From an uncultured Methanosarcinales archaeon (GTDB lineage Archaea > Nanobdellota > Nanobdellia > Woesearchaeales > JAHJBD01), in the NCBI GenBank assembly GCA_964534665.1, contig CAZHRT010000001.1, positions 605 to 64,604 of the forward strand: a DNA stretch of 64,000 nt, written 5' to 3'. A program made the position numbers and the translations under genes. Shown here piece by piece: positions 34,931 to 43,553 of this stretch (positions are counted from its first letter, which is position 1; every line of letters starts with the position of its first letter). The notes beneath the pieces were generated by a model that saw only the letters and a list, made by a program, of their open reading frames with translations, was not told the origin of the DNA and searched no databases.

Positions 34931-35946
34931 GGAAATTTTCTTTTTTCTTTTTCTAATATTTTTTTATACCTTTCAAAAGATTCATCTGCAAGCATTGAAA
35001 GACCGTCTTCTGATAGTCCAAGGTCTTCTGGAGTTAGTAATGATGCATGTTTTAGATTAGATGTTGAACCATATCTTAACGATTTAAATGACCTAAATGT
35101 AACAACCAGATCTCTTGTTGTATTTGCCCCTTCATGCCTAGCAAAAAGGTTTTCACCAGAAAAAGATTCAGGACCCATATTTTCTGTTAAACTCCTTAAA
35201 CTTTGTAACATTAAAACTGAAAATCCCTTCTCTTCATATCCTCCAAAAAGCATATATCCACCAAACCTTTCTTGATGTAAAGTATTGCTCCACATCATAA
35301 CTAAAGGTTCTGCCAAAACTTCACCACGACTATTTACTATTGGTGTTCTTGTATCATGCATATATTCCCTATAATGTTGTGGATAATGATCCCTTAATTC
35401 AGTAACATAATCATCTAAGTGCGCTAAACAAACTGAAGCAGCAGTAAATACATCTGTTCTTCCACCATAATCTTTAACAAATCTTGGAGAAAGAGTTCTT
35501 GATAATCTTAATGCCCGCCTTTCTTGATCATCTCTCCCTTTATGCTTTCCAAGTGAAACATGTGTAGCAATGTTCCATAATATCTTAGTTGCTATCATCC
35601 TTCCAATAGAATACCCATCTCTTCTCATTAAAGTTGCACCATCTTTATCTCTCAATACATGGTCAATTATTCCATCAAATTCTTCATTTTTCCATGGTAA
35701 CTTGAGATCAGTTGTTGGTATATCATCTGTTTTTGTATCCCACGAAACCATGTCTCTTGGTAAATATAAAAAACCCTTATCATATGTTAAACCAGGTGTT
35801 TCTTTTCCACTCCCACCAAGCAAAGAAAGATCTTGAAGCCCAAGTCTAGACCACATAGTGTCATACATTGCAGTAAATACATCTCTTACTATTCTACTCT
35901 TAGTTATATCCTCTTGCAGCCCTGCATAATCTATTACGTTTGCCAT
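34927..35946 (-). CDS. Hypothetical protein, 339 aa, compositional outlier
   Basis: Long ORF that is relatively Lys-poor except for its last ~15 residues, and rich in Arg, Asp, Gly, His and Met. Its stop overlaps the adk stop by 4 nt. No family recognised. Confidence 0.7.
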   Translation of the reverse strand: MANVIDYAGLQEDITKSRIVRDVFTAMYDTMWSRLGLQDLSLLGGSGKETPGLTYDKGFLYLPRDMVSWDTKTDDIPTTDLKLPWKNEEFDGIIDHVLRDKDGATLMRRDGYSIGRMIATKILWNIATHVSLGKHKGRDDQERRALRLSRTLSPRFVKDYGGRTDVFTAASVCLAHLDDYVTELRDHYPQHYREYMHDTRTPIVNSRGEVLAEPLVMMWSNTLHQERFGGYMLFGGYEEKGFSVLMLQSLRSLTENMGPESFSGENLFARHEGANTTRDLVVTFRSFKSLRYGSTSNLKHASLLTPEDLGLSEDGLSMLADESFERYKKILEKEKRKFP

Positions 35947-36048
35947 AAAATCATCTAAGAACCCCTTTTTAACAATTAATAAGAATCTATTAAATATAAA
36001 CTTAATTCTACTTAAGAATATACTTTATAACACAAAAATAGAGATTTT

Positions 36049-37020
36049 CTAACTAAAAATATTTCTCAAAACTTCAGTTGCATAATTCCCAGGACCTAAT
36101 ATAAACGTTAAAACAGCTTTATATTTTTGATTTAATATATCTTTTCCAACTTGTTTTAGTTGAAGATTAGTAATTGACATTATTTTTTTTCTTTCTGTGC
36201 CTTCAGAACTTAACTCAGGAAATTCTCGAATAACAAAATCTCTAAGCCCAATATTTTCTTTTTTCATTATTTCTTCAATAATCTCTTTAGAATCGTAATC
36301 ATCTAATTCTGTACCAAAACCAACAACAGGAATTTTCTCATCTTCACCAGAATATTTAATTAATGTTTGATTAAATATTTTAGATTGATAAGCACTTACA
36401 AATAGTTTCAATATCTTTTTGTTAACTTTTCTTAGTGCCCCTACAAAATCATTTTCATGAATCTTTAAATAATTAGCAACTTCTTTCTCATAATCACCAT
36501 CATTTTCTAGCATTAACTCTACTGCTTGCTTAAAATCTCTTTTAACAATAGCCTTGCCAACTTCAGAATTATTTCTTGAGAACCTTTGTTCACCAAAAGA
36601 ATTAAGAATTTTCATTTCTTTTTTCAATTTAATATCTAATAAATCAAGCTCTTCTTTTATTAAATTTCTAACAGTAATCTCAAAACTATTTCCAAATAGA
36701 TTACCTAATGATATAGGTTTATTACCAAAACCTACAACTTCAATCTCAATATCTTTTAATTTTATTTGCTCTAAAAGATCTTTAGGTATGTCTTTTACAG
36801 AAACCATTTGTTCTGTTAATGCAACTTTATCTTTATTACCTGCAAAACCAAATCTTTTAACAGGGATTCTCAATCTCTCTGCAATCCTTTGAAGGGCAGT
36901 AACAGTATTATAATTCTTTTTTTTCAAAATAAAATAAGTAAATTGTCCAACCTTCCCAAATTCAACATTACTAACTTCTTTAACAATAAAATCCTCAGGT
37001 ATTTGTTTTATAGTATACAT
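36049..37020 (-). CDS. truD: tRNA pseudouridine synthase D (TruD/Pus7 family)
   Basis: IPEDFIVKEV at the N-terminus and FGFAGNKDKVALTEQ (GxKD catalytic Asp motif). Confidence 0.85.
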   Translation of the reverse strand: MYTIKQIPEDFIVKEVSNVEFGKVGQFTYFILKKKNYNTVTALQRIAERLRIPVKRFGFAGNKDKVALTEQMVSVKDIPKDLLEQIKLKDIEIEVVGFGNKPISLGNLFGNSFEITVRNLIKEELDLLDIKLKKEMKILNSFGEQRFSRNNSEVGKAIVKRDFKQAVELMLENDGDYEKEVANYLKIHENDFVGALRKVNKKILKLFVSAYQSKIFNQTLIKYSGEDEKIPVVGFGTELDDYDSKEIIEEIMKKENIGLRDFVIREFPELSSEGTERKKIMSITNLQLKQVGKDILNQKYKAVLTFILGPGNYATEVLRNIFS

Positions 37021-37041
37021 AATCCTCGATAAAACAAAAAC

Positions 37042-37049
37042 TTATAAAA
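37042..37049 (+). promoter_or_regulatory. Putative TATA box for the tRNA at 37075
   Basis: TTATAAAA lies 26-33 nt upstream of the tRNA 5' end. Confidence 0.4.
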
Positions 37050-37074
37050 AGATATCTTTAATTCTGGAGAGTAT

Positions 37075-37203
37075 GCGCCTGTAGCTCAGCTTGGATAGAG
37101 CGATAGTAGAGCTATTTTCTACCGCGAATGCCTCCTAGTTGAGTGGTTTTGCTCCACACAAGAAGTAAGCAATAGGTCCGGAGTTCGAATCTTCGCAGGC
37201 GCG
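37075..37203 (+). tRNA. tRNA gene with about 54 nt of extra internal sequence; isotype unresolved
   Basis: Acceptor GCGCCTG/CAGGCGC, D arm GCTC-AGCTTGGATA-GAGC, variable AGGTC, T arm CGGAG-TTCGAAT-CTTCG. 72 nt lie where 18 are expected. Candidate anticodon loops are TTTCTAA (UCU) and CTCCACA (CCA), and I could not decide by eye. Confidence 0.75.
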
Positions 37204-37290
37204 TTCTTGTCCTACTGAGTTAAGCGAAGTAGGACTTAATTCTCTACGAGTGTGCGTGAACGCATAAGTTCCAGCATCTTCGCAAGCGCG
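37204..37290 (+). other. tRNA-trailing two-hairpin element ending in a 15-nt (14/15) repeat of the tRNA 3' end
   Basis: ATCTTCGCAGGCGCG (37189-37203) compares with ATCTTCGCAAGCGCG (37276-37290). Hairpin 1 is GTCCTACT/AGTAGGAC with loop GAGTTAAGCGA (37209-37235). Hairpin 2 is TGCG-TGAA-CGCA (37253-37264). Confidence 0.7.
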
Positions 37291-37335
37291 CTTTTATCTT
37301 AACCTTTTTATACTAAAAACTATTTTACTGCCTAT

Positions 37336-37512
37336 ATGGGAAAAAGTCAAGTTATTTTAGGAATAATTCTAATGGTAATTGGTGCAGCACTAGAATTGAT
37401 CCCAATAATTGGCTGGATCTATGGAACATTCTTATTTCTAACAGGATTATTTCTAATTATTTATAGAAAAGAAGAGGATAAAATCGAAAAAATTCGGAGG
37501 ACAAAAAAATGA
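37336..37512 (+). CDS. Small two-TM membrane protein, 58 aa, missing from the ORF track
   Basis: My hand translation is MGKSQVILGIILMVIGAALELIPIIGWIYGTFLFLTGLFLIIYRKEEDKIEKIRRTKK. Its TGA stop overlaps the ATG of the next gene (ATGA). Confidence 0.55.
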   Translation: MGKSQVILGIILMVIGAALELIPIIGWIYGTFLFLTGLFLIIYRKEEDKIEKIRRTKK

Positions 37513-37823
37513 TAATAACAACAACAGAAAACATACCAGGAAAACAAATAGTCCAAACATTAGGAATTGTACAAGGAAATACTGTAAGAACCAAGCATAT
37601 AGGAAAAGATTTCATGGCTGGTCTTAAAACAATTGTTGGTGGAGAAATTAAAGGCTATACAGACATGCTTACACAAGCTAGAACTGAAAGCTACAACAGG
37701 ATGGTTAATGAAGCAACAAAGCTTGGAGCAGATGCAATAATTTGTATGAGATTTACAACATCTCAGGTTATGCAAAACGCAGCAGAAATTCTAGCTTTTG
37801 GTACAGCTGTTAAATTACAGTAA
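37509..37823 (+). CDS. YbjQ/UPF0145 family protein
   Basis: ITTTENIPGK..IVQGNTVR...GGEIKGYT..L..AR..A..RM...A..LGADAII..RF matches the family over its full length. Confidence 0.85.
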   Translation: MIITTTENIPGKQIVQTLGIVQGNTVRTKHIGKDFMAGLKTIVGGEIKGYTDMLTQARTESYNRMVNEATKLGADAIICMRFTTSQVMQNAAEILAFGTAVKLQ

Positions 37824-37825
37824 TT

Positions 37826-38023
37826 TTATTTTTTATTTTTCTGTGCAAGATAAGCAAAAAACGATACTACCATACCAAGTATTGCAAAAGCCCATACAAT
37901 ATTTGTAATATGTACAAGATATTCTTTTGCAAAGATTAAAACTACCACTACCATAGATAAAACAATCCCTCCAAAAACTGCCGATATTGCAACAAATGGA
38001 TTTCCTTCTGGACATTTCTTCAT
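37826..38023 (-). CDS. Small membrane protein, 65 aa
   Basis: Two hydrophobic helices. An alternative overlapping frame in the track is less hydrophobic and was rejected. Confidence 0.45.
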   Translation of the reverse strand: MKKCPEGNPFVAISAVFGGIVLSMVVVVLIFAKEYLVHITNIVWAFAILGMVVSFFAYLAQKNKK

Positions 38024-38092
38024 ATTATCACCAATTCCAATTATTAAAGAAATAGTATAAAAAATTAACTAAAAAAGAAAGAAAAAAAGAAA

Positions 38093-40708
38093 TTACTTTT
38101 CTTTTAATGCAGCCTGTGCAGCAGCTAAACGAGCGATTGGCACCCTAAATGGTGAACATGATACTTCATCAAGTCCAATCTTATGGCAAAACTCAACAGA
38201 TGTTGGTTCTCCACCGTGTTCTCCACAAATACCAATATGTATCTTTGGATTAACTTTTTTAGCAAGCTCAATACACTGTATCATAATCTTTCCAACACCT
38301 TCTTGGTCAATTGCTTGGAAAGGGTCTCTATCATAGATCCCTTTTGCAACATATTCACCAAGGAAAGCACCTGCATCATCTCTTGAAAAGCCACAAGTCA
38401 TCTGGGTTAGATCATTTGTTCCAAAGCTCATGAAGTCAGCGTCTGCTGCAAACTCATCTGCAGTTAATGCAGCACGAGGAACTTCAATCATTGTTCCAAT
38501 TTTATAATCAACCTTACCTTCAACTTCAAGTTCCTTAGCAGCAGCTTCAATGATTTCTTTTATCATCAAATATTCTTTTGCATTACCTGCAAGAGGAACT
38601 TCAATCCAAGGAATTGGCTTACTTTCTCCAGAAACAGCAATTGCTGCTTTAAAGATTGCTTTTGCCTGCATCTTAGTAATCTCAGGATATCTAACACCTA
38701 ACCTACATCCACGAAATCCAAGCATTGGGTTAAATTCATGAAGTGAAGTAATCTTATCCTTAAGTTTATCTGCAGTAACTCCAAGTTCAGCTGCAACTTC
38801 TTCAATATCTTTAGCTGCTGTTGGTAAGAATTCGTGTAATGGAGGATCCAAAAGCCTAACAATAACAGGCAGGTTATCCATTACTTTAAACAAACCTTCA
38901 AAATCTGCTTGCTGCATTGGTTCTAGTTTTGCTAAAGCTTTTTCTCTGCCTTCCAAATCATCTGAAAGTATCATTTCTCTAACAGCTTTAATCCTATCAC
39001 CTTCAAAGAACATGTGCTCTGTTCTACATAGACCAATACCTTCTGCTCCAAACTTCTTAGCAACTTCAGCATCGTGTGGTGTATCTGCATTAGTCTTAAC
39101 CAAAATGGTCCTATACTTATCAGCCCATTCCATCAATTTTTCAAAATCACCTGAAAGTTCAGGATCAATTACTGGAACTTCGCCTTTGATAACTTCACCA
39201 GTTGCACCATCTAATGTTAAAGCGTCTCCCTCTTTTAATTCTACATCACCAACCTTAAAACAACAAGCATCTTCATTAATTACAACATCTGCACATCCTG
39301 CAACACAACATTTACCCATTCCTCTAGCAACAACTGCTGCGTGTGAAGTCATTCCGCCTCTGGAAGTTAAAATACCCATAGCAGCGTTCATACCTTCAAT
39401 GTCTTCAGGTGAAGTTTCTGTTCTACAAAGAATTACTTTTTTACCTTCCTGTGCAAGCTCATGAGCTTTTTCAGCCGTAAATACTATTTCTCCAACAGCA
39501 GCACCAGGTGAAGCTGGAAGACCTTTAGCAATAACTTCTGCTTTTTGTTTTCCAATTGGATCAAGCTGTTTATGTAATAACTGATCTAACTGCTCTGGAG
39601 CAACACGAAGAACCGCTGTCTTCTCATCAATCATACCGTCATTAACCATTTCAACTGCAATTCTAACAGCTGCAGCTGCGGTTCTCTTACCAGTTCTTGT
39701 CTGTAAAATATACAATTTACCTTCTTGGATTGTAAACTCCATGTCCTGCATATCTTTGTAATGATCTTCTAATTTTAAGTAGATATCAACCAATTCTTTA
39801 TAATTATCGGCCATAACTTCATTTAACTGTTCAATTGGCTGTGGTGTTCTAATACCAGCAACAACATCTTCACCTTGTGCATTCATTAAATATTCACCAT
39901 AGAACTTGTTCTCGCCAGTTGAAGGGTTTCTTGTAAAACAAACACCAGTACCAGAAGTTTCACCCATGTTACCAAAAACCATTGTCTGAACATTAACTCC
40001 AGTTCCAAGTAGACCAGTAATGTGGTTTAACCTTCTGTAAGTAATTGCTCTTTTATTATCCCATGAATCAAATACTGCATTTATTGAAAGTTTCAATTGT
40101 TCACGTGGGTCATCTGGAAAACTCTTTCCAGCATGCTCTTGAATAACTGCTTTATAAGCTTCAACTACTGCTTTTAGATCATTTGCATCAAGATCTGTAT
40201 CAATTTCAACGCCTTTAGTTGCCTTAACATTATCAAGTGCTTCTTCAAAGAATTTGTGTTCAACGCCCATAACAACGTCTCCAAACATTTGAATAAACCT
40301 TCTATAAGCATCATATGCAAATCTTTCATTACCTGTTTTCTTTGCCATTCCTGCAACAGAATTATCATTTAAACCCAAATTAAGAACAGTATCCATCATT
40401 CCTGGCATGGATACAGCAGCTCCGCTTCTGACACTAACCAATAATGGATTTGCAGGGTCCCCAAGTTTAGCACCCATCTTTTCTTCAAGCTGTACTAATT
40501 TAGCTTCAATTTCTTCTTTCATACCTTCTGGGTATTTTTGTCCTAATTTATTATATTCCCCACAAGCTTCTGTTGTAATTGTAAATCCTGGTGGTACTGG
40601 TACACCCAAAGTTGTCATTTCAGATAAGTTAGCACCTTTGCCACCTAACAATTCTTTCATCTCTTTTTTCCCATCTTCAAAGGAATAAACCCATTTATTT
40701 TCAGTCAT
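38093..40708 (-). CDS. ppdK: Pyruvate, phosphate dikinase
   Basis: GGKGANL, the phosphohistidine loop GGMTSHAAVVARG, GLCRTEHMF and a PEP-utilising TIM barrel with FSFGTNDLTQ-type motif (MSFGTNDLTQM). Confidence 0.95.
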   Translation of the reverse strand: MTENKWVYSFEDGKKEMKELLGGKGANLSEMTTLGVPVPPGFTITTEACGEYNKLGQKYPEGMKEEIEAKLVQLEEKMGAKLGDPANPLLVSVRSGAAVSMPGMMDTVLNLGLNDNSVAGMAKKTGNERFAYDAYRRFIQMFGDVVMGVEHKFFEEALDNVKATKGVEIDTDLDANDLKAVVEAYKAVIQEHAGKSFPDDPREQLKLSINAVFDSWDNKRAITYRRLNHITGLLGTGVNVQTMVFGNMGETSGTGVCFTRNPSTGENKFYGEYLMNAQGEDVVAGIRTPQPIEQLNEVMADNYKELVDIYLKLEDHYKDMQDMEFTIQEGKLYILQTRTGKRTAAAAVRIAVEMVNDGMIDEKTAVLRVAPEQLDQLLHKQLDPIGKQKAEVIAKGLPASPGAAVGEIVFTAEKAHELAQEGKKVILCRTETSPEDIEGMNAAMGILTSRGGMTSHAAVVARGMGKCCVAGCADVVINEDACCFKVGDVELKEGDALTLDGATGEVIKGEVPVIDPELSGDFEKLMEWADKYRTILVKTNADTPHDAEVAKKFGAEGIGLCRTEHMFFEGDRIKAVREMILSDDLEGREKALAKLEPMQQADFEGLFKVMDNLPVIVRLLDPPLHEFLPTAAKDIEEVAAELGVTADKLKDKITSLHEFNPMLGFRGCRLGVRYPEITKMQAKAIFKAAIAVSGESKPIPWIEVPLAGNAKEYLMIKEIIEAAAKELEVEGKVDYKIGTMIEVPRAALTADEFAADADFMSFGTNDLTQMTCGFSRDDAGAFLGEYVAKGIYDRDPFQAIDQEGVGKIMIQCIELAKKVNPKIHIGICGEHGGEPTSVEFCHKIGLDEVSCSPFRVPIARLAAAQAALKEK

Positions 40709-40807
40709 ATTAATTCTCCTCCACTATTATAATATATGATAATTTAGAATTTTAAAGCATTTATAAAGCTTATGGTGGCTTTACTCATCGATTCAAACAA
40801 TAAAATA

Positions 40808-41227
40808 TTATAAGAAAAGCCGCATAGATTTAATTTTCCTCAAGAAGAACCTTAACAATTGTCCAAGTAATATTCCTACAAAATCATAACCCAAATCTAA
40901 TAATTCTGGAACTCTTGGTGGGAAAAAAAACTGCAATATTTCAATTAAAGCACCAAATAATGTTAAAAACCAAATGGTTAGAAAATAATCATGTTTTCTT
41001 ATATCCTCATGTGATGAATGTCTTAATGCAATACTTATAATGAAACTAAGCACAAAAAAAGTAAATAAATGAATAATTTCTGAACTTGTAGATATTCCTA
41101 GAAATACATTAAAAAATTCAACAGGATTTCCAACCAAACTAAAATATATGACAATTGTTGTTAAGACATTATATAACATCCAGAAAAAGAAAAAGAAATG
41201 TATTTTAATAAATGAAGATGTCTTCAT
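40808..41227 (-). CDS. VanZ-like membrane protein
   Basis: EILQFFFPPRVPELLDLGYDFVGILLG matches the VanZ E..Q.f.p.R....D...n..G motif. Four TM segments. Confidence 0.6.
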   Translation of the reverse strand: MKTSSFIKIHFFFFFWMLYNVLTTIVIYFSLVGNPVEFFNVFLGISTSSEIIHLFTFFVLSFIISIALRHSSHEDIRKHDYFLTIWFLTLFGALIEILQFFFPPRVPELLDLGYDFVGILLGQLLRFFLRKIKSMRLFL

Positions 41228-41231
41228 TAGA

Positions 41232-42659
41232 TTATTTAACCTCTTTTTTTAATATTTCCATCACTTTCTTCCCATCAACTTTCCCTCTAAACTTCCCCAT
41301 AATCATTCCCATATAAGCACCAACTGATAATCCTTTTTTAGATACAATAATTTTCTTAATCTCAATCTCAAGTTTTTTATCATCAACACCTTCATACTTA
41401 GCCAAATTTACTTTATTACCTTTAATTTTCTCAACTAAAACTTCAATAACTGCTGCTTTTCCAATTTTACCATCATTTAAATAACCAAGAACTTCTTCAA
41501 AATCTTCTTGTTTTAATTTATCAGAATCATGCTTTAATCTTGACTTAATATCTTTTGGTATGTTTACAAGAATTTCCGCAATTTGATTTGGTTTAACTTT
41601 CTTAAAAACCCCAACATAATGGCCAAAATCAATTCCTAGCTTAATAATTTCAGAAGCTAAAACATCACTTATACCATACTTCTTCTCTAAAGCAACTGCT
41701 TTTTCAGTAATTAACTCAGGAATCTCAATTCTAGTTAACATTTCAGCAGTAATTGGAATTATTGGAACATCTGTTTCAGGATACATTCTAGCAGCACCAG
41801 GCATTGGCCTTAAAAAAGATGTAGAAAAATCAGACTCAGCTTTCCTTACTTCAGAAACAATCTTTTTACCTTTCTTAATAATCTCTTTTTGCCTTACAAT
41901 CTCATTTTCAATAATCTTAGGAATAGACTTTAAATCTTGAAAACCTTTAATTTCAACTCTCGCCCCACTCTTTATAGAAATATTAACATCTTGACGAATA
42001 GTTCCTAAACCCCTTTTAACTCTTTCAGTACTTCTTAAAATCATTCCAATCTTTCCAGCTACCTCTTTTGCATGTTCCGGATTTTGAATATCTGGATCAG
42101 TAGCGATTTCAAGCAAAGCAACCCCTAGCCTATCTAAACGATACGTTACAGATTTTTCATCTTTTTTTATTTTCTTAGCTGCTTCTTCTTCTAAACATAA
42201 AACAGGAATTCCAACTTTTCCAAGGGAAGTTTCAATATAACCATTAGTTGCAACCAAAGCAGTTCTTTGAAAACCAGAAGTATTAGAACCATCAATAACT
42301 GTTTTCCTCATAAACTGTATCTCATCAACAATATCAGCATTTATCAATTTTGCAACAATCAAAGCTGTATCTAAAGCATCTTCATTAACCTTATGTGGTG
42401 GCTCTTCATCAAACTCAACTAAACATGCTGATGTAGAAGCAGCTTCATAAACAAAATATTTACCCTTTTTCATCTCATGCAAAGCAGCTTTATCAATCTC
42501 ACCAGTTTCACCAGCAGAAGGTCTTAATTTCCTAATAATTTTAATATCATTTGGATGTTCATCATTAACCAAACTAGGACAACTACAAAATAACTTATGA
42601 GTTTCTAACTGTTGATGAATCTCAATACCACATTTAAATCCAAGTTTCTTATAATCCAT
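41232..42659 (-). CDS. gatE: Glu-tRNA(Gln) amidotransferase subunit E, short form
   Basis: GFKCGIEIHQQL..KLFCSC and RKTVIDGSNTSGFQRT, with a YqeY-like tail. At 475 aa it is shorter than the ~620-aa GatE I recall. Confidence 0.85.
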   Translation of the reverse strand: MDYKKLGFKCGIEIHQQLETHKLFCSCPSLVNDEHPNDIKIIRKLRPSAGETGEIDKAALHEMKKGKYFVYEAASTSACLVEFDEEPPHKVNEDALDTALIVAKLINADIVDEIQFMRKTVIDGSNTSGFQRTALVATNGYIETSLGKVGIPVLCLEEEAAKKIKKDEKSVTYRLDRLGVALLEIATDPDIQNPEHAKEVAGKIGMILRSTERVKRGLGTIRQDVNISIKSGARVEIKGFQDLKSIPKIIENEIVRQKEIIKKGKKIVSEVRKAESDFSTSFLRPMPGAARMYPETDVPIIPITAEMLTRIEIPELITEKAVALEKKYGISDVLASEIIKLGIDFGHYVGVFKKVKPNQIAEILVNIPKDIKSRLKHDSDKLKQEDFEEVLGYLNDGKIGKAAVIEVLVEKIKGNKVNLAKYEGVDDKKLEIEIKKIIVSKKGLSVGAYMGMIMGKFRGKVDGKKVMEILKKEVK

Positions 42660-42733
42660 AACATCATTAAAAGAACAGTCATTTATTAACTTTTGGTAAA
42701 GATTTTTAAAACAGGAATTATTTTAATGGAATT

Positions 42734-43516
42734 ATGATATCTTACAAAGAATTACATACTGCAGCAACCGATATTATGGAGCCTTGGGCTTTTTCAGCAA
42801 GAGCTAATTTACTTAGTGTAACAGAAATTACTTTTGATCAACAAAGACTCAAATTAACTAATTTTTATTTACCTTTCCATCAACATGTAAACTTACCAGA
42901 ACTTATTGAAATGGGAGAAAATATCACTGGTACCAGTTTAGAACTTGCTCAAATTATGCAAGATGAATTAAAAAGAAGATACCATTCAGATGAGTCGCCG
43001 TTAGGTATAAACGCAGTTTATGCATACGAACCAAAATTCTTTAACAATAAAAGAGGAGATAGTCAACCAGTATTATTAGTTGACACATCAGAAGGTCAAG
43101 CATTAATAGACCCTGCTTTTAAAGTGGTTCGTCCATTTCAAGGCTCAAGCCAAGGTTCAGGTTATGTGACAGATAATGTTGATGTTAACTTTACCCCTTT
43201 AACCTACCCAAGCCTCATTTTAGACTTAGGTCAAGATATTCCATATTGTATAGATGAGGAACATTATTACTCAAGCGAACCAACAGACGAAAGTGTTATG
43301 ACTAGAATAGGTTTAGGAACTGAAAATCTAGGGCGTTGCGTTTTCTTTGCATATCCTATGACTGCAAAAACCCCTGCCACAGAAGAGATCACAAAGGACA
43401 TGTTAACTTTTAGATTTACAAAAGGAGATCCAAAACCCATTGGAACAATGGATGATGAAACATTGGAAGAACATTTAATAGATCTAATTAAAAAAGCTCA
43501 TAGATTTAGTAAATAA
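42734..43516 (+). CDS. Hypothetical protein, 260 aa, compositional outlier
   Basis: Long ORF between gatE and gatD on the opposite strand. It is acidic and rich in Thr, Pro and Gly. No family recognised. Confidence 0.7.
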   Translation: MISYKELHTAATDIMEPWAFSARANLLSVTEITFDQQRLKLTNFYLPFHQHVNLPELIEMGENITGTSLELAQIMQDELKRRYHSDESPLGINAVYAYEPKFFNNKRGDSQPVLLVDTSEGQALIDPAFKVVRPFQGSSQGSGYVTDNVDVNFTPLTYPSLILDLGQDIPYCIDEEHYYSSEPTDESVMTRIGLGTENLGRCVFFAYPMTAKTPATEEITKDMLTFRFTKGDPKPIGTMDDETLEEHLIDLIKKAHRFSK

Positions 43517-43553
43517 ATATAAATTCTATCTTTTAGTCTCAATTCAAAATTAA

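Noticed and set aside
37204-37290. The tRNA-trailing elements as box C/D or H/ACA guide RNAs co-transcribed with tRNAs.
   Set aside because: There is no RUGAUGA C box in either copy. CUGA is present in one copy only. There is no ACA box at a consistent distance from a hairpin.
2299-43516. The idea that the five compositional-outlier ORFs reflect a chimeric assembly or contamination.
   Set aside because: Two of them overlap the stop codons of flanking native genes (glyS and adk). All are single genes embedded in continuous native context, which is hard to reconcile with misassembly.
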